From positions 1 to 57,714 of the forward strand of contig DATGWJ010000020.1 in assembly GCA_035299545.1 (NCBI GenBank): a DNA stretch of 57,714 nucleotides, in the 5' to 3' direction. Under the pieces are notes generated by a model. That model did no database searches. It saw only the letters and a program-made list of their open reading frames with translations, and was not told where the DNA came from. Origin of the DNA: Minisyncoccota bacterium. Its GTDB lineage: Bacteria > Patescibacteriota > Minisyncoccia > Phycocordibacterales > UBA9973. Position numbers and translations under genes: made by a program. This document shows, in pieces, positions 1 to 7,657 of this stretch; positions within the stretch are counted from its first letter, which is position 1; every line of letters starts with the position of its first letter.

Positions 1-26
1 GAGAAGACTATTTCATAACCGGTTCG

Positions 27-80
27 TAAAAGAGCAAGGTCTTTCCTCGAATGAGCCCGAGGTAAGTCCTTGCTCTTTTA
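27..80 (-). terminator. Long hairpin at the 3' end of udg (terminator-like)
   Basis: Perfect 13-bp IR 27-39/68-80 plus inner stem CCTCG/CGAGG (45-49/58-62); the arm includes the udg stop codon. Confidence 0.55.
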
Positions 81-659
81 TTTTCCTATCTTTTCTAATG
101 CTTTTGGAATTTTATTGAAATCTTTTATGAGGGTCTCGCGCATTCCGCCGTTGTACAAAGCTGCAGCAGGGTGATAGAGAGGGAAGAATGCTTGCTTACC
201 GAATTCCACTGTAGGTTTAATAAGTAGCTTGCCGTGTATTTCAGAAATTTTATCCGTAGGGAAAAATCGTGTCATAGAATGCCGACCAAGGAAAACAATT
301 AATTTAGGTGAAATTATTTTGAGTTCATTTATCAGCCACTCATTGCAATCTTCTTTCTCCTTTGGTTCGGGGTCGCGATTGTTGGGTGGGCGATATTTTA
401 CTATATTTGTGATGTACACATCAGCTCGTTTTTTGCCTATACCTTCTAGCATCTCATTCAAGAATTTACCTGCAGCTCCGACAAAAGGAATACCTTCTTT
501 ATCTTCATTTTTACCGGGAGCTTCACCTATGAACACAATATCTGCCTCCGCGTTTCCATCTCCAAATACGGCCTGAGTGGCAGTTTTCTTTAATTCACAT
601 ATACAGTTTTCTTTCCAGTAGGCATTAAGCTCGTCTAGCTGTTCCCGTTTAGATTTCAT
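78..659 (-). CDS. udg: Uracil-DNA glycosylase, family 4
   Basis: Motifs GEAPGKNED, YITNIVKYRPPNNRDP, YHPAAALY. Confidence 0.92.
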   Translation of the reverse strand: MKSKREQLDELNAYWKENCICELKKTATQAVFGDGNAEADIVFIGEAPGKNEDKEGIPFVGAAGKFLNEMLEGIGKKRADVYITNIVKYRPPNNRDPEPKEKEDCNEWLINELKIISPKLIVFLGRHSMTRFFPTDKISEIHGKLLIKPTVEFGKQAFFPLYHPAAALYNGGMRETLIKDFNKIPKALEKIGK

Positions 660-665
660 TCTCGT

Positions 666-674
666 ATTTTAGCA
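666..674 (-). promoter_or_regulatory. Extended -10 promoter (TG-C-TAAAAT) 6 nt upstream of the udg ATG; leaderless
   Basis: Minus strand reads TGCTAAAAT-ACGAGA-ATG. Confidence 0.65.
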
Positions 675-703
675 TTTTTATGTATATGTAGTACAATTAC
701 AAT

Positions 704-946
704 ATGAGTAATTTAAAAGATGAAATTATTGGTTGGTATGGTACTGTTGCTATTGTGACAGCTTATGCATTAATAAGTTTTAATATAATTTCTTCCAGCA
801 ATCTTGTATATCAAATATTAAATGCAACAGGAGCTCTGGGGATTGTCTATATTTCTTTTAAAAAGAAAGCATATCAACCTGGGGTTTTAAATATAATCTG
901 GACTGTAATAGCAATAATTGCAATTATTAATATTTTTTTGAATTAA
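704..946 (+). CDS. Small 3-TM membrane protein (CBU_0592/SemiSWEET-like)
   Basis: 80 aa, three hydrophobic helices, IGWYG...YQILNATGA pattern; TACAAT 6 nt before ATG. Confidence 0.7.
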   Translation: MSNLKDEIIGWYGTVAIVTAYALISFNIISSSNLVYQILNATGALGIVYISFKKKAYQPGVLNIIWTVIAIIAIINIFLN

Positions 947-949
947 ATT

Positions 950-1201
950 ATGGAAAATACAAAAGAATGGACAAATGAAGAAGGAAAACTTACTAAAACT
1001 TTTACTTTTAGTAATTTTGTAGAGGCAGTTGATTTCGTGAATAAAATTGTTCCCATTGCAGAAAAAGCAAATCATCATCCTGATGTAGAAATTTTTGGTT
1101 ACAAAAATGTGAAAATTAAGTTATCTACCCACGATGAAGGGGATAAGATTACAGAAAAAGATATTGCACTCGCAAAAGAGATTGATAGTATTTTACTTTA
1201 G
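950..1201 (+). CDS. phhB: Pterin-4-alpha-carbinolamine dehydratase family protein
   Basis: F.F.NFVEAVDFVNKI...AEKANHHPDV...LSTHD motif. Confidence 0.9.
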   Translation: MENTKEWTNEEGKLTKTFTFSNFVEAVDFVNKIVPIAEKANHHPDVEIFGYKNVKIKLSTHDEGDKITEKDIALAKEIDSILL

Positions 1202-2704
1202 TATTTTTATGTCAGCTCCGATGGAGTTTAACCTTTCGGCTATTTCTTCGTATCCGCGATTTATCATATAGACATTTCGTAGAATTGAAGTACCAGGAGT
1301 GCCAAGCATTCCGATGAGTATTATCATAGCTGGGCGAAGTGCTGGAGGGCAGACTACCTGAGCTGGCTTAAGAGTTGTGCCTCCTTGAATATATACTCGG
1401 TGAGGATCAGCAAGAGTAACATCTGCACCAAGACGATTTAACTCAGTGAAATATATTGCACGATTTTCATAAAAGAAGTCATGTATCATTGTTTGACCTT
1501 TTGCCTTTATCGCAATAGGTACAAAGAATGGCAGATTATCAATATTTATAGCAGGGTATTTATTGGCATGAATCTTGTCTGGCAAGGCTTTTAATTTACT
1601 TGGGAAAACTTTTATATCTGCGAGCTTGGTGCGCCCATTATATGAATAATACTTTTCTAGTATTTTATACTTTAGTCCCATTCTTTTTAGCTTTTCTAAT
1701 TCAAGTGCAAGGAAGTCTATAGGGCAACGTGTGATAGTGAGTTCTGAATCTGTCGTAATAGCTGCGGAGATGAACATCATTGATTCGATAGGGTCTTCAC
1801 TGTTACTATATTCAACATCTACATTGATTTCTTTTAATCCATTAACAGTTACTGTAGATGTGCCTAATCCATCAATTTTCACTCCAAGCTTTTCAAGGAA
1901 GAAACAGACTTCTTGGACCATATAGTTGGTACTCATAAAGCTTATGGTAGTTTTACCAGGAACTAATGCTGATGCGAAAAGAATGTTCTCGCAAGCAGTT
2001 TCGCCTGTCTCATACATTACTATTTCTGCAGGTTTTAGTTTGTTTGTAGTAACATCATAACTTTTATTTGTTGTCTTTATTTTTACTCCAAGTTCTTCAA
2101 GTGCGTATACGTGAGCGGATATAGTACGCTTGCCGAGGTTGCATCCGGATGCGTGGGGGATAGAGAATGAAGAAAGTTTATGAATAAGCGGACCAATAAG
2201 CATTAGCACAGAGCGGGTTCTGACTGCGGAGTCAACATTTATTTTATCCAAGGTAAAATTTTCTGGCGGAACAATTTGTACAGAATTACGATCAATCCAC
2301 TTAACTGATACTCCAATACTTTCGAGTATTTCTATTACTCTGTAGACTTCTTCTATGCGAGCGATACCATGCAAAGTAGTCTTTCCTTTATTTAAGATAG
2401 AAGCACAAAGTAAACCGACTGCTCCATTTTTGGAGAAATTAGTTTTAATACTACCACTCAACTTTCTTCCTCCGTTTACTTGGAAATCGATAGAATCGTT
2501 CACTGCGACTATCTGGTGATCGAGAACTTTACTAATTTTAGACAAGAGTTCAGTGGTAAAGTTCTGCTCACCCTTCTCCATACGGGGGATAGAGCTTTGA
2601 GATGTGCCTAACTCCTTCGCAAATGCTTCTTGGGTCATACCACGACGCTCGCGCATTTCCTTTATAAAATATCCTATTTTTTGTTGTTCTGTTTGTTTTT
2701 TCAT
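1193..2704 (-). CDS. murA: UDP-N-acetylglucosamine 1-carboxyvinyltransferase with N-terminal XRE-type HTH
   Basis: N-term IKEMRERRGMTQEAFAKELGTSQSSIPRMEKG; MurA motifs SKNGA, GCNLGKR (catalytic Cys), IDNLP, RGYE. Confidence 0.92.
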   Translation of the reverse strand: MKKQTEQQKIGYFIKEMRERRGMTQEAFAKELGTSQSSIPRMEKGEQNFTTELLSKISKVLDHQIVAVNDSIDFQVNGGRKLSGSIKTNFSKNGAVGLLCASILNKGKTTLHGIARIEEVYRVIEILESIGVSVKWIDRNSVQIVPPENFTLDKINVDSAVRTRSVLMLIGPLIHKLSSFSIPHASGCNLGKRTISAHVYALEELGVKIKTTNKSYDVTTNKLKPAEIVMYETGETACENILFASALVPGKTTISFMSTNYMVQEVCFFLEKLGVKIDGLGTSTVTVNGLKEINVDVEYSNSEDPIESMMFISAAITTDSELTITRCPIDFLALELEKLKRMGLKYKILEKYYSYNGRTKLADIKVFPSKLKALPDKIHANKYPAINIDNLPFFVPIAIKAKGQTMIHDFFYENRAIYFTELNRLGADVTLADPHRVYIQGGTTLKPAQVVCPPALRPAMIILIGMLGTPGTSILRNVYMINRGYEEIAERLNSIGADIKILK

Positions 2705-2718
2705 AATTATCTATTGAT

Positions 2719-2827
2719 TAATGGGCTCATATATTGAAATTTTACGAGTAGGCGTGGGTGCGCCGGAGCAAGCGGTGGCTTGCGGAGAGGGATAAGCGAG
2801 TAAAATTTTAATATATGAGCCCATTAC
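2719..2827 (+). repeat. Dispersed hairpin element, copy 1
   Basis: 27-bp outer stem around core GAGTAGGCGTGGGTGCGCCGGAGCAAGCGGTGGCTTGCGGAGAGGGATAAGCGAG. Confidence 0.9.
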
Positions 2828-2880
2828 ACTTAATAATACTATTGCACATTATATCTCATATATGATATAATTGCAAGTAT

Positions 2881-3936
2881 ATGGTAATACAAGAAAATGT
2901 GGATATTAAAGGGTATTCTACTTTTAAAATAGGTGGGAAATTTAAATATTTTACAGAAGTAGAAAATATAAATGATATAAAGGAAGTTGTTTTGTTTGGA
3001 AAAGAAAAAAATACTCCCTTATTTATATTAGGTGGTGGATCAAATATTATTTTCTCAGACGGGGATTTAAATATTTTAGCCGTAAAGATGGAAATTAAAG
3101 GTTTTGAAATAATAAAAGATACAAATGAATACACTGACATAAAAATTGGTGCGGGTGAAAATTGGGATAAGATTGTAGAGAAAACTGTTTTTATGAATTT
3201 GTGTGGGTTTGAAGCATTGTCCGCAATACCAGGCACTGTGGGGGCAACACCAATACAAAATGTCGGAGCTTATGGAGCTGAAGTTAAAGATACTATTCTA
3301 GAAGTAGAAGCTTTTAATGTAAAACCTGCCAGCCATCCTTCGCAAGGCAATGCAGGCGGGGATAATAAAATTGAAATTCTTTCAAACGAGGATTGTAAAT
3401 TTGAGTATAGAGATAGTATTTTTAAACATGAAGCAAAAGGAAAATATATTATAATTTCTGTTACTTATCGGCTCTATAAAAAACGTCCTACAATACCAGA
3501 TTACCCAGGTGTCAAAAAGTATTTTATAGAAAACAATATAAATAATCCTAGTTTGAATGATATTCGTGAAGCTATTATTTATATTCGTAATGAGAAATTA
3601 CCAAATCCTAAAGATATACCAAATGTAGGGTCATTCTTCAAGAATCCAATAGTGGATAATAGTGTCGCGAGTAGCCTGAAAAAGAAATTTTCTAACGCAA
3701 AATTCTTTAAAGTTGATGAATATTTGACGAAAATTCCAGCAGGATGGCTTATTGAAAATGCAGGATTGAAAGGGAAATCTTTCGGGAAAGTTTCTATTTA
3801 TGACAAGAATGCCTTAGTTTTGGTAAATAAAGAAAATGCCACTTGTGCAGATGTTATATCTGCTCGAGATGAAATAATAAAAATAGTAAAAGAAAAATTC
3901 GGTATTACTCTAGAGCAAGAACCAGAAATAATATAG
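2881..3936 (+). CDS. murB: UDP-N-acetylmuramate dehydrogenase
   Basis: GGGSNI, IPGTVGATPIQNVGAYG, YRDSIFK, NVGSFFKNP, LEQEP. Confidence 0.96.
   Translation: MVIQENVDIKGYSTFKIGGKFKYFTEVENINDIKEVVLFGKEKNTPLFILGGGSNIIFSDGDLNILAVKMEIKGFEIIKDTNEYTDIKIGAGENWDKIVEKTVFMNLCGFEALSAIPGTVGATPIQNVGAYGAEVKDTILEVEAFNVKPASHPSQGNAGGDNKIEILSNEDCKFEYRDSIFKHEAKGKYIIISVTYRLYKKRPTIPDYPGVKKYFIENNINNPSLNDIREAIIYIRNEKLPNPKDIPNVGSFFKNPIVDNSVASSLKKKFSNAKFFKVDEYLTKIPAGWLIENAGLKGKSFGKVSIYDKNALVLVNKENATCADVISARDEIIKIVKEKFGITLEQEPEII
3325..3360 (+). repeat. 36-nt hairpin inserted in-frame in murB (PASHPSQGNAGG)
   Basis: CCTGCC...GGCGGG outer stem with inner CCTT-CGC-AAGG; exactly 12 codons; GC-rich in an AT-rich gene. 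Confidence 0.7.
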
Positions 3937-3947
3937 ATATAATTTTG

Positions 3948-4029
3948 TGCCGGAGGAGAGAATCGAACTCTCACCCCTTGCGAGACACGATTTTGAGTCG
4001 TGCGCGTCTACCAATTCCGCCACTCCGGC
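3948..4029 (-). tRNA. tRNA-Leu(CAA)
   Basis: Cloverleaf: acceptor GCCGGAG/CTCCGGC, anticodon arm CACGA-CTCAAAA-TCGTG, long variable arm; no encoded CCA. Confidence 0.96.
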
Positions 4030-4083
4030 AAACATATGGCTAGTATACCAAAAAATAATTAAAATGCTAGAATAAGCAAATAG

Positions 4084-5220
4084 ATGCAAGATAGAACCCC
4101 GCTTTCATATATACAGATTTCAAAAGAAAACTTGATACATAATATTAAGCAGTTTCGTGATTTACTGAAGGGGCAAACGAAAATTGTTGCTGTTATAAAG
4201 GCGAATGCTTACGGACATGGAGATATAGTTATTGCCCAAATTGCTAGTCCGTTTGTGGATTATTTCCAAGTGGATGATATTGAAGAATATGAAAGAATCA
4301 AAAGTGCCACCAAGAAACCAGTTCTTATCTTGGGGTATTTAAATGAAGAAGGAATAAAAAAAGCGATAAAAACAAAGGCAATAATTTCAGCTTTTGACCT
4401 AGTGCATCTTTTAAAAATAAATCATATTGCTTTATCTTTAAAAACAAAAGCGAAAGTTCACTTGGCTATCGATTCTTATCTAGGAAGAGAAGGAGTAATG
4501 CCATCACAAGTGGAAAATATTATTAAGGAAATTAAAAATTTAAAAAATATTGAACTTGATGGAGTATATTCACATTTTGCAAATATTGAGGACACAATGA
4601 ATTCTACTCATGCGAACAGACAGATAGATACATATCATAAATGTGTGGAAATTTTTAAGAAAAATGGTTTCCCAAAAATTAATACTCACATTTCTGCTAC
4701 ATCAGGAATACTTGTTTATGAGAAGGGGAATAATTTGCACAATTTAGCACGATTGGGAATTGGCCTCTATGGTATGTGGCCAAGTGAACACTTGGGATAT
4801 TTAAATAAAAAGAAAACAAACTTAAAGCCAGTATTAAAATGGATTACGCATGTAGCTCAGGTGAAAGTTCTACCAGCAAATCATCCTGTCGGTTATGGTC
4901 TTACTTATATTACAAAAAAAGCTACAAAAATAGCTGTCATTCCACAAGGTTACTCGGACGGAGTCCCTAGATCTTTATCAAATAATGGTGAAGTGTTAAT
5001 AAAAGGTAAGAGAGCCAAAATTATAGGAAGAGTCGCAATGAATATGATTGTAGTAGATGTCTCAAATATAAAAGATGTAGTGCCAGAAGATGAAGTTGTG
5101 ATATTGGGAAAACAGGGGAAGAATGAGATTACAGCAGAGCAGATTGCAAAAGAATCAGGCACTATAAATTACGAAGCAACGACACGCATAAATGCGTTAT
5201 TACCAAGAATCGTAATGTAA
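4084..5220 (+). CDS. alr: Alanine racemase
   Basis: VIKANAYGHG PLP-lysine motif, GVYSHFA, VGYG, GRVAMN. Confidence 0.96.
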   Translation: MQDRTPLSYIQISKENLIHNIKQFRDLLKGQTKIVAVIKANAYGHGDIVIAQIASPFVDYFQVDDIEEYERIKSATKKPVLILGYLNEEGIKKAIKTKAIISAFDLVHLLKINHIALSLKTKAKVHLAIDSYLGREGVMPSQVENIIKEIKNLKNIELDGVYSHFANIEDTMNSTHANRQIDTYHKCVEIFKKNGFPKINTHISATSGILVYEKGNNLHNLARLGIGLYGMWPSEHLGYLNKKKTNLKPVLKWITHVAQVKVLPANHPVGYGLTYITKKATKIAVIPQGYSDGVPRSLSNNGEVLIKGKRAKIIGRVAMNMIVVDVSNIKDVVPEDEVVILGKQGKNEITAEQIAKESGTINYEATTRINALLPRIVM

Positions 5221-5223
5221 AAC

Positions 5224-5332
5224 AAAAAGAATGGATATATTATTTTATTCCTCCTTAACCCCATTCCTCGCGATTACGCTCGGAACGGCACGCCCCCGCC
5301 CGTCGTCATAAAACAACATATCCATTCTTTTT
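5224..5332 (-). repeat. Divergent member of the dispersed hairpin element (copy 5)
   Basis: 25-bp outer stem (G.U-compatible on minus strand); core GACGACGGGCGGGGGCGTGCCG-hairpin-TGGGGTTAAGGAGG; 109 bp. Confidence 0.7.
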
Positions 5333-5350
5333 AAATACAAGTTTTTTAGA

Positions 5351-5454
5351 AAAAGAACATAATATTGAAAATTTCTGAGTAGGTGTGGGCGCGCCGGAGC
5401 GAGCTTGCGAGCGGAGAGGGATAAGCGAGGAAATTTTTAATACTATGTTCTTTT
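5351..5454 (+). repeat. Dispersed hairpin element, copy 2
   Basis: 26-bp outer stem; core GAGTAGGTGTGGGCGCGCCGGAGCGAGCTTGCGAGCGGAGAGGGATAAGCGAGG. Confidence 0.9.
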
Positions 5455-5467
5455 CAATTTTAACTAT

Positions 5468-5496
5468 TTGCTTTTTTAGATATTTTATAGTACTAT
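5468..5496 (+). promoter_or_regulatory. sigma70-type promoter of rpmG (TTGCTT-17-TACTAT), 6 nt before ATG
   Basis: Direct reading of -35/-10 spacing. Confidence 0.6.
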
Positions 5497-5502
5497 ACTC
5501 GC

Positions 5503-5661
5503 ATGTCACAAGATAGACTTTTCAAATTAGCCTGTACGAAATGCAAGCGCATTAACTATTGGTCAAGCAAGAACAAAAAGCTCGTTACTAGAAAAATTGA
5601 GCTTAATAAGTATTGCAAATGGTGCAAAATTAATACTAAACACAAAGAAGCCAAAAAATAA
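5503..5661 (+). CDS. rpmG: 50S ribosomal protein L33 (Zn-binding CxxC/CxxC form); not in the ORF track
   Basis: MSQDRLFKLACTKCKRINYWSSKNKKLVTRKIELNKYCKWCKINTKHKEAKK. Confidence 0.95.
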   Translation: MSQDRLFKLACTKCKRINYWSSKNKKLVTRKIELNKYCKWCKINTKHKEAKK

Positions 5662-5689
5662 AAATCCCCATTGGGGATTTTTATTTTTT
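5653..5689. terminator. Bidirectional intrinsic terminator between rpmG and tRNA-Trp
   Basis: 17-bp IR AAAAAATAAAAATCCCC/GGGGATTTTTATTTTTT, 3-nt loop. Confidence 0.85.
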
Positions 5690-5692
5690 CTG

Positions 5693-5763
5693 CGGGCGGT
5701 GGAGGAATCGAACCCCCACCAACGGTTTTGGAGACCGTTGTTCTACCACTAAACTAACCGCCC
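5693..5763 (-). tRNA. tRNA-Trp(CCA)
   Basis: Acceptor GGGCGGT/ACCGCCC, anticodon arm ACGGT-CTCCAAA-ACCGT, G73. Confidence 0.96.
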
Positions 5764-5780
5764 TGACAAAGACGAGTATA

Positions 5781-6710
5781 CTATAAATCCGCTTTATTTT
5801 CCAGCAGAAATTCTTTTATCTCTTTTAGTGCTTTTAACTTATCATTTTTTTCTCTTGGATCAATCCAGATAATACTTTTATCACGTTTAAACCACGTATT
5901 TTGTCGTTTGGCGAAATGCCAAATTTCAGCATTCAATTTTTTTAGCATTTCCTCTTTTGTTATTTTTTTCTGCAAATAAAGTGCTACATATTTATATTCA
6001 AGACCAAGAGAATACATTCTTTTCCAAGATAGCCCTTTTCTATGCAATTTCTCCACTTCGTAAACCATCCCTTTCTTCATGCGAGCAAATAAACGAAGGA
6101 GAATTCTTTCTTTTAAAATTTCTGGTGGCACTTTTAGTCCAATTTTCAGAAAGGAGGACGGTTCTCCGAAATGTTGCTTAGAACTATTCTTAATAGAAGG
6201 AACTTTGCCAAGTGATTTGGCTATTTCTATGGCGCGGATTAAGCGAACCTTATTATTTTTATCAATAGTTTTTGCACGAGTAGGATCTAGCTTTTTTAAC
6301 ATTTCAAAAAGTTGTTCTGTTGTTTTTTTAGATAAAGTCTCACGAATTTTTTTATTGGGTGGGACTTCAGGGAAAGTAGTATTATTAACTATCGCATCAA
6401 TATAGAAACCAGTACCACCGCAGACGATAGGCACTTTTCCTTTCTTCGCTATTTCTCCAATTTTTTTAAAAGCTATCTTTTGGAAATCACTTACCGAGAA
6501 AACTTTTGATGGGGAAGTGACATCAAGAAGATGATGTGGAACTCCAAGCATCTCTTTCTTTGTAATTTTCCCTGTCCCTATATTCATGCCTTTATAAACC
6601 TGACGGGAATCAGCAGAAATTATTTCTCCATTTATTTGGTGGGCCACTTCAACAGCGAAGTCACTTTTTCCAATAGCTGTTTGTCCTAAAATTACTATAA
6701 CTTTACTCAT
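5781..6710 (-). CDS. miaA: tRNA dimethylallyltransferase (start moved to ATG 6710)
   Basis: GQTAIGKS P-loop, DSRQVYKGMNIGTGK, GGTGFY, AKRQNTWF; TG-T-TAATAT 7 nt before ATG 6710. Confidence 0.96.
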   Translation of the reverse strand: MSKVIVILGQTAIGKSDFAVEVAHQINGEIISADSRQVYKGMNIGTGKITKKEMLGVPHHLLDVTSPSKVFSVSDFQKIAFKKIGEIAKKGKVPIVCGGTGFYIDAIVNNTTFPEVPPNKKIRETLSKKTTEQLFEMLKKLDPTRAKTIDKNNKVRLIRAIEIAKSLGKVPSIKNSSKQHFGEPSSFLKIGLKVPPEILKERILLRLFARMKKGMVYEVEKLHRKGLSWKRMYSLGLEYKYVALYLQKKITKEEMLKKLNAEIWHFAKRQNTWFKRDKSIIWIDPREKNDKLKALKEIKEFLLENKADL

Positions 6711-6854
6711 ATTTCGCATATTAACATATTTTATGATAAGATAGTGATTACTTGTCCCGTCAGAAATTCTAGATTAAGGGGCATAAAAATAATCGTAATT
6801 TATCAGAATAAATTAAATTCTTATACAAAAAATAATATAAGAATTTCATTCGGG

Positions 6855-7157
6855 ATGGGATTTAAATCATTTATTACAAAACAAGCTCTTCGCATGAAAG
6901 GGGTTTCCTCGGAGCAAGCAGAAAAAATAGCAAAACAATTGGATGAAAATCCAGAAATGGCAGAAAGCTTGAAAGCTCTTGAGGGGAACAAAGAGGTAAA
7001 AGAACTTTTTGAAAAAATTACGAAAGAAATAGAGGAAAAGAAAAAAAGCGGATTAGGAGAACAATATGCTGCTGTCCTTGTGATGAGTAAATATAAAGCA
7101 GAAATAGTTAAACACAAAGAAGCTCTCGCACCACTCATGAACCTCATGCAGAAGTAG
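6855..7157 (+). CDS. Hypothetical helical protein (~100 aa; likely start ATG 6855)
   Basis: MGFKSFITKQALRMKG...; charged helical composition; ends before a terminator. Confidence 0.6.
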   Translation: MGFKSFITKQALRMKGVSSEQAEKIAKQLDENPEMAESLKALEGNKEVKELFEKITKEIEEKKKSGLGEQYAAVLVMSKYKAEIVKHKEALAPLMNLMQK

Positions 7158-7176
7158 AAAGAGATATAAAAATTTA

Positions 7177-7200
7177 AAGGGGTAACTTGCGTTACCCCTT
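7177..7200. terminator. Hairpin between convergent genes
   Basis: AAGGGGTAAC-TTGC-GTTACCCCTT (GCAA tetraloop on minus strand). Confidence 0.8.
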
Positions 7201-7205
7201 GTGGT

Positions 7206-7496
7206 TTATACTTTGTTGATTTTCTTCAAATTAGTGGCAATTGTTTTAATAAGATCGGCTTTGTTACTTGGATTAAGCGTTGACATATCCATCTCACTAG
7301 GAAGACTACCTGAAAAATCCATATAATAAAAATCAGAAATTTTCTTGGCAATGTCAGGATAAATTCTGATTATTTCTTTTGAAATTTCCTCTATAGCCTT
7401 TTTTGTGATTATTGGTTGTTTACCTTCCTTTGTGTAGAGAGAGTAGACAGCGCTTCCATTGAAGCCAGTACTAAAAATGAACATTTCCTCTGCCAT
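7206..7496 (-). CDS. Hypothetical protein (96 aa)
   Basis: Open ORF with protein-like composition, ends at the terminator; no motif recognised. Confidence 0.6.
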   Translation of the reverse strand: MAEEMFIFSTGFNGSAVYSLYTKEGKQPIITKKAIEEISKEIIRIYPDIAKKISDFYYMDFSGSLPSEMDMSTLNPSNKADLIKTIATNLKKINKV

Positions 7497-7577
7497 TTTG
7501 AAAGAATTTTTAAGTTATTTTAAGAATATTATAATACTTTGCCTGTTAGCAAGCAATACCTCGTAATATAAGAGAAG

Positions 7578-7586
7578 TTATCCACA
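7578..7586 (+). promoter_or_regulatory. Consensus DnaA box upstream of the giant fibre gene
   Basis: TTATCCACA, intergenic; the 13-mer AAGTTATCCACAG recurs at 52070-52082. Confidence 0.45.
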
Positions 7587-7657
7587 GAAATACATGATAT
7601 TTATGATTTTTATGCTTATTTTATGGTATAATTTAATGGATTGATGTATTTCAAAGA

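Noticed and set aside
2141-2152. 12-bp palindrome GCATCCGGATGC in murA
   Set aside because: It encodes the catalytic-loop residues ASGC with no sign of an indel; likely chance.
2745-2800. Similarity of the element 3' motif (GGAGAGGGATAAGCG) to the guanidine-I/ykkC riboswitch tail, or of the whole element to integron attC sites
   Set aside because: Other ykkC motifs are absent and orientation is independent of genes; there are no GTTRRRY/RYYYAAC ends and no cassette array.
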